Shown: in pieces, positions 9,753 through 16,297 of the stretch | Position numbering within the stretch: position 1 is the stretch's first letter | How the letters are laid out: each line of letters begins with the position of its first letter | From: a virus | Lineage: Duplodnaviria > Caudoviricetes | Virus record (IMG/VR): IMGVR_UViG_3300028128_000191 | Span: 1-34,370 of that record | Length of the DNA stretch: 34,370 bases | Strand: one strand, 5' to 3' | Made by a program: the position numbers and the translations under genes | Notes under the pieces: generated by a model | Database searches by the model: none | The model's input: the letters and a program-made list of their open reading frames with translations, nothing else | Told to the model about the DNA's origin: nothing

Positions 9753-9781
9753 ATTATAATGGCCAAACACAACAAAGTCCA
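9753..9781 (-). promoter_or_regulatory. Sigma70-type promoter for the glycan island
   Basis: TGGACT-N17-TATAAT-N6-ATG(9746). Confidence 0.7.
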
Positions 9782-9787
9782 TAAATA
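9782..9787 (+). promoter_or_regulatory. Late promoter TAAATA, 6 nt before phoH ATG
   Basis: ATAAATA-aagtaa-ATG. Confidence 0.55.
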
Positions 9788-9793
9788 AAGTAA

Positions 9794-10552
9794 ATGACAA
9801 AGCGAAAAGCTTCATACAAACGATCGACTTCAAAAGCACGTAAAGACGTTGAAATTGAGGAAATCCCGGAGATCGTCACACGCAATCAAATGGACCGTAC
9901 ATTCAAGATAAATGCTAAATTTGATCTAACAACTGTACACAAATCATTCACAGAGTTGTGCTTCAACAACAACACGAAAATAGCATTTGTAGATGGCCCG
10001 GCCGGTACTGCAAAGACTTATTGTGCTGCGTATGTTGCGTTGAACCTGCTCAAAAGTCATCGAGTGGATGAGGTTGTGTACATACGAAGCATAATAGAGA
10101 GTGCCAGCAAGAGCATGGGGAGCCTACCGGGAGAAGTGGATGACAAGTTTCTACCATGGACATTACCATTGCAAGAAAAACTAAGTGAATTGATATCAAG
10201 CTCCACAATCTCCACACTGTTTGACACCAATGTAGTCAAAGCAATTCCAGTGAACTATGTACGTGGATTGACATTCAAGGACAGCATTGTGATAATTGAT
10301 GAAGCTCAAAATTTAACACGTAGTGAACTGATCACCATCCTGACACGTTTTGGTGAGGACAGCAAGATGATTGTTATTGGAGACACGTTGCAAAGTGATA
10401 TCAACGGAAAGAGTGGTTTTCAGGATATATACAACACTTTCAACGACAAGGAGAGTGAAGACAATGGTGTTTTCTGTTTCAAATTCACCAATGATGACAT
10501 CATGAGAAGTGACATGCTCAAATTTATCGTGAAAAAGCTTGGACAAAAATAA
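9794..10552 (+). CDS. phoH: PhoH-family ATPase
   Basis: GPAGTAKT Walker A, GSLPG, YVRGLTF, IIDEAQN, LTRFG, GDTLQSD. Confidence 0.95.
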   Translation: MTKRKASYKRSTSKARKDVEIEEIPEIVTRNQMDRTFKINAKFDLTTVHKSFTELCFNNNTKIAFVDGPAGTAKTYCAAYVALNLLKSHRVDEVVYIRSIIESASKSMGSLPGEVDDKFLPWTLPLQEKLSELISSSTISTLFDTNVVKAIPVNYVRGLTFKDSIVIIDEAQNLTRSELITILTRFGEDSKMIVIGDTLQSDINGKSGFQDIYNTFNDKESEDNGVFCFKFTNDDIMRSDMLKFIVKKLGQK

Positions 10553-10555
10553 ATA
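10550..10555 (+). promoter_or_regulatory. Late promoter TAAATA built on the phoH stop codon, 5 nt before ATG 10561
   Basis: ATAAATA-attac-ATG. Confidence 0.65.
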
Positions 10556-10560
10556 ATTAC

Positions 10561-10830
10561 ATGCAATTTGATCAGTTAGTTAACGAGATATTGAAAAAGG
10601 ATATCAAAGTAGGAGACAAGATACGCAACATAAACCCGGATTGCGAGCATCATGGTACAGAGGGTAAGATCAAGAAGATCAAGAGAAGGCCTGAAGAAGG
10701 TAGCAACAAGGTGAAGAACAAACACAACATACCAGGGAATGATGTTGAATATGAAGTGACCAATGACACAACAAATGCATCCAAAGGCGATAGACTGATC
10801 AAAAGCTTGGATCAGATCAAGAAGAAATAA
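10561..10830 (+). CDS. Small basic hypothetical protein, SH3/KOW-like
   Basis: IKVGDKIRNIN...GTEGKIKKI pattern; late promoter. Confidence 0.6.
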   Translation: MQFDQLVNEILKKDIKVGDKIRNINPDCEHHGTEGKIKKIKRRPEEGSNKVKNKHNIPGNDVEYEVTNDTTNASKGDRLIKSLDQIKKK

Positions 10831-11085
10831 TCAGATCAAAAATTTAAGAGCTTTTTGAAATTCCTTGAGAACCTTTTCTGGTTTTCTAGCCTCTCTGCTC
10901 AAAACTCTCTCACCGTCTTCATTTTCTGTATACATGGGTTCGGTTTGAGATTTAAACTCCTTGTGAAATGCCTGTACAAATTCTTCACTCAATTTGAGGT
11001 TACGTGGAAACCGTTCACGTACAACAGTCCTGAACAGCCCATAATTTTCTGATATATTTTCAAATTGTTCATTAAAATTCTTCAT
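10831..11085 (-). CDS. Hypothetical late protein (84 aa)
   Basis: Start moved to ATG 11085 (MKNFNEQF), 5 nt from a perfect TATAAATA. Confidence 0.7.
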   Translation of the reverse strand: MKNFNEQFENISENYGLFRTVVRERFPRNLKLSEEFVQAFHKEFKSQTEPMYTENEDGERVLSREARKPEKVLKEFQKALKFLI

Positions 11086-11089
11086 GTAA

Positions 11090-11791
11090 TTATTTATATT
11101 GAACCGGTCCATCTTTTGTGGTTTGATCGATAGTTGGCATGCCAAACTGGTCCAACACAGAGCTGGTGTCAACTAATGTGTCTTCCTCACCAAACATTTT
11201 ACCAGATTTATCTATGTATAACTCCAGCATTTTAATTCGCTCTTCTGTGCTACCAAAGATCTCCACAATAGCAGCTCGATCCTCTTTAGGGAAAAATCTA
11301 GGGTCATCATTGTACCAATTTTTGTATAATGCTTTGAAAAAATTGTCTATCTCACTGATATATTCTGCATCAACATCCCTCACACCATCATCCTCAATAT
11401 CATCCTTGACGACATTTGTTATCGGTATCAAGAAAATTATATCAAGCAATCTGAAACTCTCTCTGATGACTGGAATGCATTTCTCTACAAACAGCTCATC
11501 AATATCACTGGTGTTCTTATGATAGGACCACAATGTGTAAACCAGATTGTCCAGAGGGCATCTATCGAATATCACAAAATCGTCTTTGTCGTATTTTTGC
11601 ATCTCATCAATCATGTGATTCAAGATGGCCCACTGAGTTTCTTTGGTTGTTTTGCTGCTGTGTTTGTCTTTTGCTGGGAGTTTTACGCGATAGCTCTCTT
11701 CAGGTGTATCGTACATGTCCCAGTGTTTGAGAAAGGAGTCCAGTAGTGTAGTTTTGCCTTGCGCGGCAGTTCCAGATATTGCTAGTCGCAT
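11090..11791 (-). CDS. P-loop nucleotide kinase-like / AAA_28 (NadR-like) protein
   Basis: ISGTAAQGKTTL Walker A at the N-terminus, IFDRCPLDNLVY, DDGVR lid-like motif. Confidence 0.75.
   Translation of the reverse strand: MRLAISGTAAQGKTTLLDSFLKHWDMYDTPEESYRVKLPAKDKHSSKTTKETQWAILNHMIDEMQKYDKDDFVIFDRCPLDNLVYTLWSYHKNTSDIDELFVEKCIPVIRESFRLLDIIFLIPITNVVKDDIEDDGVRDVDAEYISEIDNFFKALYKNWYNDDPRFFPKEDRAAIVEIFGSTEERIKMLELYIDKSGKMFGEEDTLVDTSSVLDQFGMPTIDQTTKDGPVQYK
11091..11098 (-). promoter_or_regulatory. T4-consensus late promoter TATAAATA
   Basis: TATAAATA-attac-ATG(11085). Confidence 0.75.
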
Positions 11792-11796
11792 GTGAT

Positions 11797-11802
11797 TATT
11801 TA
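11797..11802 (-). promoter_or_regulatory. Late promoter TAAATA, 5 nt before ATG 11791
   Basis: TTAAATA-atcac-ATG. Confidence 0.6.
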
Positions 11803-11824
11803 ACGTGTATTAAATGAAACTCAA

Positions 11825-12613
11825 CTAGACACCCGTGAGCTTGTCCCAAGCACTGACATGTAACCTAGACATACCAATGTATCCATATTTCTTGGCCATG
11901 TCCAAGCTGAACTTGGTTCGTTCGTGGAAATTCTCTTGATTGTCTAAACCAGGCATCATGATCACTTTGTTGTGAGGTATTTTAAATCTGTCAACAAAGT
12001 CACGTTCTATCTCTTTCAAACAATCTTCAGTGCTGATAACAAATTTAAACCAGTAGTTTTCATGTTCCATTATTCTTTCTAGAGAAGCCTGTACAATTCT
12101 ACGATTGGCTGGTACACCACTGTTAGCAAGCTTGACACTACAATTGATTTGATCCAATACATCAAACAATTCGTCACGTATGTATATCGTGCCATTGGTC
12201 TCAATCTCATTATAACTGTCCAGTTCTTCCCCGGTCTTTTCGAGACAATACCCATGCAAATACTCATCAAACGCTGCAATAGCATTTTGATGTTTCGGTA
12301 TTGTTGGTTCTCCACCGGTCCATATTAGATGAATACGACCGTTGTATATCCACTCATCTATACCTTCGTGTTCCCAGTGTTGTGTCAATTTATAAAATGG
12401 CTTTTGTAAACCTCTCTTCCACACAGCTTCTGTATCACACCACCATGTAGCTTCACCAGTCTTCATCAAACTTCCACCTGGTCCACCACACATCAAATTA
12501 CATGCTTTGAGTCTGATGAAGTAAGCCGGGTACCCTGTGGAGTGTCCCTCGCATTGTACGGAATAAAAATGTTCCGAAACGTCTAGTGTTGTTGGTTTTG
12601 TATCTTGTGTCAT
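11825..12613 (-). CDS. queE: 7-carboxy-7-deazaguanine synthase (radical SAM)
   Basis: FYSVQCEG, FIRLKACNLMC...WCDT, TGGEP, IETNG, FKFVI, RLHV. Start at ATG 12613 overlapping the queD stop. Confidence 0.9.
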   Translation of the reverse strand: MTQDTKPTTLDVSEHFYSVQCEGHSTGYPAYFIRLKACNLMCGGPGGSLMKTGEATWWCDTEAVWKRGLQKPFYKLTQHWEHEGIDEWIYNGRIHLIWTGGEPTIPKHQNAIAAFDEYLHGYCLEKTGEELDSYNEIETNGTIYIRDELFDVLDQINCSVKLANSGVPANRRIVQASLERIMEHENYWFKFVISTEDCLKEIERDFVDRFKIPHNKVIMMPGLDNQENFHERTKFSLDMAKKYGYIGMSRLHVSAWDKLTGV

Positions 12614-13260
12614 ATTCCCCATGTGTTAGTCGATTCTGGATCGATCCATTTGTTTGTTGTTTTTTTCTGACCCACTGCAGCACCTTTCTTGTGTGCAAAT
12701 GGTGGTCTTGTTGTGTCTTGTTTTGATTCAAATAGTTTCTTGTTGGTTTCCACACTATCGTTGAACCTCTCATCAATCTCATTCGTGAGATCTTTCATGT
12801 ATCTCACACCAGATATTTTAGAACTGCTTGTTTCATATATTGCTGAATTCTTCTCATGTTCAAAAACTTCCGCTTTGATGCATCTGCATCTACCATTCGT
12901 GATGCTTTGCACGTGTTCATTAGCTGTGTTCCAACACCACTCGGCAAAACGTTCGATCCCAACGCCATTTTTCATAACATTGAGAACAATGATATTTTTC
13001 TTTTCCAATTCGTAAAATGTCTCAATGTGTGGATCATCTGACGCGATCACGGTCGTATGATCAAACATTTTTTCAAGTGCCTTTTTTAGTTCTTTCAATC
13101 CACCAAAATCAACAACCCAATTGTTTTCGTCAAGCTCGTCTGCTTCAAACCAAAATTTTGCTGTTAATCTGTAACCATGTAAGAATTGACAATGTGATTT
13201 GGCGCTGGGTTGTCTGAACGCACAGCTTCCTAATTCTATTACTTTCGTACTACTAAACAT
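12610..13260 (-). CDS. queD: 6-carboxy-5,6,7,8-tetrahydropterin synthase with C-terminal extension
   Basis: HCQFLHGY, WVVDFGGLK, FDHT, VFEHEKNSAIY; adjacent to queE. Confidence 0.9.
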   Translation of the reverse strand: MFSSTKVIELGSCAFRQPSAKSHCQFLHGYRLTAKFWFEADELDENNWVVDFGGLKELKKALEKMFDHTTVIASDDPHIETFYELEKKNIIVLNVMKNGVGIERFAEWCWNTANEHVQSITNGRCRCIKAEVFEHEKNSAIYETSSSKISGVRYMKDLTNEIDERFNDSVETNKKLFESKQDTTRPPFAHKKGAAVGQKKTTNKWIDPESTNTWGI

Positions 13261-13286
13261 ACATCGATTATATCATACATCGATGT
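13258..13286. repeat. 11-bp direct repeat CATACATCGAT (13258-13268, 13274-13284) plus palindrome ACATCGATGT (13277-13286)
   Basis: Read directly; brackets the -10 box of the queD promoter. Confidence 0.8.
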
Positions 13287-13295
13287 CTTTTTCAA
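13267..13295 (-). promoter_or_regulatory. Sigma70-type promoter for queD-queE
   Basis: TTGAAA-N17-TATAAT-N6-ATG(13260). Confidence 0.8.
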
Positions 13296-13554
13296 CTTTT
13301 AAATCGAGTCTTTGTATCAAGTTATTGATGTTGTCCGCAAACCAGCAAACTGCTGAGCTTGAACAAGCAAGCAACAACAAATTGATATCAGAAACAAATG
13401 AAATCAACACTCCACACCAGAAACCTAAACACAAGCTGCACTTGAACAGTTCGGCAAACAAATGAATTTTGGTGATCATTTTTCTTGGTATGTTGAGTAT
13501 GGAGCCATATCTCAGAATCCAATGCAAACCAACACACGCAAGAATATCTATCAT
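13273..13554 (-). CDS. Small membrane protein, DUF1360-like
   Basis: Hydrophobic segments with ELFKCSLCLGFW (CxxC) motif. Confidence 0.6.
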   Translation of the reverse strand: MIDILACVGLHWILRYGSILNIPRKMITKIHLFAELFKCSLCLGFWCGVLISFVSDINLLLLACSSSAVCWFADNINNLIQRLDLKVEKDIDV

Positions 13555-13745
13555 TCCTTGGAATCAATAATCTTGAGCGCGTCCGGAATCATCAGGGCTT
13601 GCTCTCTAGAGATGGTGACTATGAATCCATCATCATCTCTGATTTGTATCTTGTCCTTACCTTTTGGATAAACCTCCGGGCATTTGACACTGTTACAACA
13701 CAGTGTGACACTGTTACGTTTCTGATTATGTTTTAGTTTTTTCAT
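13551..13745 (-). CDS. Small Cys-containing hypothetical protein
   Basis: ATGA overlaps at both ends; LCCNSVKCP. Confidence 0.65.
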   Translation of the reverse strand: MKKLKHNQKRNSVTLCCNSVKCPEVYPKGKDKIQIRDDDGFIVTISREQALMIPDALKIIDSKE

Positions 13746-14176
13746 AATTGTTCAATGTGTATTATTGTAATCTCTTTGGTAGAATTATCAAATCGTGGGG
13801 CGATGTTAGTGATGAATTCATTTTCTATCTTACCAGTTGAGTCTATTATTCGAACTTGAGCACCTGTTTCTGTTGTGACGACATTCAAAGTTACGTTCTG
13901 CTCACTGGCAGAAATAACCGTGTTACCCTCCCCGTCATCACTTTCCACTCTATTGACTTTACCCAGGTGTCTCAAATCAGCACCTCTACCAGGTTGTTGT
14001 ATGAAAATCTTGCAATATTTTGCACCCGGAAACGAATGACCAACCGGATTTATCGCCGGAGGTGTCTTGCGATTCATGCTGGGTAATGCCCTCTCCGCAA
14101 CAATCTCTGGGCTCACTCGCGAATAACATTCAAACATGTTTTTAAAATCATCATTGTACATTCCAAATCTTTTCAT
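13742..14176 (-). CDS. Hypothetical protein
   Basis: Tightly packed in the minus-strand operon; GGGGAG upstream of ATG. Confidence 0.65.
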   Translation of the reverse strand: MKRFGMYNDDFKNMFECYSRVSPEIVAERALPSMNRKTPPAINPVGHSFPGAKYCKIFIQQPGRGADLRHLGKVNRVESDDGEGNTVISASEQNVTLNVVTTETGAQVRIIDSTGKIENEFITNIAPRFDNSTKEITIIHIEQL

Positions 14177-14177
14177 A

Positions 14178-14831
14178 CTACTCCCCCACGTACAGTTTTA
14201 CATTTGTGTTGCTAGCAACATCAGATTGATTTATATTGTTCACCAAGTCATAGGTGTCTTTCACCGGGCTTACATCTGAAACTATAATTTTTATTTTGCT
14301 TTCATCTAGTTTGCTGTTCTTAGCAAGTGCAGATTTGTAATAGTTCCAGATGGTCATTGTTTGTTGTATCGAAATGTGGCCGTAATTGTCAGCTTCTGGG
14401 ATGTTGCTCTGCATCAGGACATCATAAATTGCCTGCTTATCCACCATGTCCGGTATATTTTTAAAAATTGTGTTTTTGTCCTTGAGTGAAATTGCAGCGC
14501 GTAACGCTGAGGCACTTGTCAATCGCTCACATCCTGCAGGTCCGATGCTCGCTAAATTGCTCGTGTACTTGTCATTCTTCATGAAATTGCTGTATCTGTT
14601 AATGTCACAATCTTTAGCGCCTTTTGGAGTGGCGACGTTTTGTGTTGTGAGTGCTCTAGGTTTTTTAGAAACAAATATATACACCTCATCATTGTCTCTA
14701 CATGCGTTCAATGCTGTATAAAAATGACCCATGTGTGGTGGTTTGAAAGCACCAGGAAAAATACCTATGTTCTGTTGCCCACCCAACTGTTCATAAAACA
14801 GTTGATTATAATAACGGTCAAAGTTGTTCAT
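14178..14831 (-). CDS. HxGH cytidylyltransferase-like nucleotidyltransferase
   Basis: IFPGAFKPPHMGH and SASALRAAI motifs. Confidence 0.75.
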   Translation of the reverse strand: MNNFDRYYNQLFYEQLGGQQNIGIFPGAFKPPHMGHFYTALNACRDNDEVYIFVSKKPRALTTQNVATPKGAKDCDINRYSNFMKNDKYTSNLASIGPAGCERLTSASALRAAISLKDKNTIFKNIPDMVDKQAIYDVLMQSNIPEADNYGHISIQQTMTIWNYYKSALAKNSKLDESKIKIIVSDVSPVKDTYDLVNNINQSDVASNTNVKLYVGE

Positions 14832-15246
14832 TTGTCACGTAATCTCTATACAGATCCAACAGTATATCACTACCGTTACCACAAGAACCGACTACTTTTT
14901 CAACATCAGTAACTGTGTTGGCATTTAAAATTAGATCGAATAACTTAGTTATCTTGTCATGATAACCACGATGCATCAAAAATTTGACACAATGTTGTTT
15001 GAATCTTGTCAACGGATCATCACATGGTTGATCATCTGTTGTGTATTGATCTGGTCTCAACTGCATTGTCTCGCTGCTCGCTCCTGGTACTATAGCTACT
15101 ATATTACCCAGCCCATCTTCCTCCAATACATAACCCACATACTCGACCAATTCATGATCTGGGGCCGCTGGATCATGTTTTATACGTATTCTGGTCAGAT
15201 TGGTCTGATTTAGATGACTCTCTAACAAACTGTTAAACTTGGACAT
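14818..15246 (-). CDS. Hypothetical late protein
   Basis: 142-aa ORF 6 nt from TAAATA; first gene of a minus-strand operon. Confidence 0.7.
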   Translation of the reverse strand: MSKFNSLLESHLNQTNLTRIRIKHDPAAPDHELVEYVGYVLEEDGLGNIVAIVPGASSETMQLRPDQYTTDDQPCDDPLTRFKQHCVKFLMHRGYHDKITKLFDLILNANTVTDVEKVVGSCGNGSDILLDLYRDYVTNEQL

Positions 15247-15252
15247 ATAAAA

Positions 15253-15258
15253 TATTTA
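15253..15258 (-). promoter_or_regulatory. Late promoter TAAATA, 6 nt before ATG 15246
   Basis: ATAAATA-ttttat-ATG. Confidence 0.6.
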
Positions 15259-15268
15259 TTAAAAGACG

Positions 15269-15297
15269 TTGAAATTGCATGAAAATGTTTATATAAT
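15269..15297 (+). promoter_or_regulatory. Sigma70-type promoter for folE
   Basis: TTGAAA-N17-TATAAT-N6-ATG(15304). Confidence 0.8.
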
Positions 15298-15303
15298 CGG
15301 AGT

Positions 15304-15948
15304 ATGACAGATGTTAAATTACCATTCGCCAACGGAAATCATCCAAGGTCTGAGCAGGAACGACAAAATATAATAGAAAACGCGGCAGCAGCATATGAAA
15401 AATATATGGATGCTCTTGGATTTGATTGGCGGAAAGACCCTAATAGTTCAGATACACCCATGAGAGTCGCAAAAGCGTTTGTCAATGATCTTGCCGAAGG
15501 TTGTTACGCTCAACCTCCTAAAATTACAGCGTTTGATAATGTGGATGGTTATGATGGCGTGGTGTTTCAAGGTAACATCAAAGTGACATCCATGTGCTCG
15601 CATCATCACTTACCGTTCGTTGGCCAGGCTCATGTGGCATATATACCCGGTAAAGATGGTAAGGTTATAGGATTGAGCAAGTTGAACAGAACAGTTGAAT
15701 GGTTCGCGAGAAGACCTCAAGTCCAAGAGAATTTGACAATGCAAATACACAAGCATTTGAGCAAAGTAGCTGATGGTAACAAAGGCGTGGCGGTCATGGT
15801 TGAAGCGAATCACCTATGTGCATGTGTTAGGGGTGTGAGACATGATAGTACCATGAAGACAGCTCGGATGAGCGGTGCGTTTCTTGATAAAAATGATATC
15901 AACACACGTCAAGAATTTTATGATTTTGTTAGAGATTTGAAGAGATGA
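15304..15948 (+). CDS. folE: GTP cyclohydrolase I
   Basis: DTPMRVAK, SMCSHHHLPF, GLSKLNR, RRPQVQE, HLCACVRGV. Confidence 0.96.
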   Translation: MTDVKLPFANGNHPRSEQERQNIIENAAAAYEKYMDALGFDWRKDPNSSDTPMRVAKAFVNDLAEGCYAQPPKITAFDNVDGYDGVVFQGNIKVTSMCSHHHLPFVGQAHVAYIPGKDGKVIGLSKLNRTVEWFARRPQVQENLTMQIHKHLSKVADGNKGVAVMVEANHLCACVRGVRHDSTMKTARMSGAFLDKNDINTRQEFYDFVRDLKR

Positions 15949-16133
15949 ATTTAAAAAGTAGAAAATTATTGTGCGCGTGTGTTTGCTTCCTGTTTGCCAC
16001 AGGAGCGTTGGTAATGAATGCAGCAACATTTCAAGAATGGTCAGACTTCATCAAGTGGGTGTTCGGTATATACGCCGCTGGTAACGTTGGTGAGCATATT
16101 TCAGAAAAAGAAAACAAACAACTTAAAAAATGA
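15945..16133 (+). CDS. Small two-segment membrane protein (possibly holin-like)
   Basis: ATGA overlap with folE; two hydrophobic stretches and a charged C-terminal tail. Confidence 0.55.
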   Translation: MNLKSRKLLCACVCFLFATGALVMNAATFQEWSDFIKWVFGIYAAGNVGEHISEKENKQLKK

Positions 16134-16285
16134 AAACAATATTCGATAAAATAGATCCAAAATATATTGAGTGTGCCACCGGCACATGTGAGCATATGTC
16201 GCACTCAACAACACTACCAATGTATGTGGCAACAGCTTTAGTTTTGCCACTAATCTACATAATGTTGAAAACCAAAAAAATATAG
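16130..16285 (+). CDS. 51-aa membrane microprotein with Cys/His motif
   Basis: Below ORF-track cutoff: MKTIFDKIDPKYIECATGTCEHMSHSTTLPMYVATALVLPLIYIMLKTKKI; ATGA overlap; fills the gap up to prkA. Confidence 0.6.
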   Translation: MKTIFDKIDPKYIECATGTCEHMSHSTTLPMYVATALVLPLIYIMLKTKKI

Positions 16286-16286
16286 A

Positions 16287-16292
16287 TAATTA
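16287..16292 (+). promoter_or_regulatory. Variant late promoter TAATTA, 5 nt before prkA ATG
   Basis: ATAATTA-aacat-ATG; one mismatch to TAAATA with the same spacing as other late promoters. Confidence 0.45.
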
Positions 16293-16297
16293 AACAT

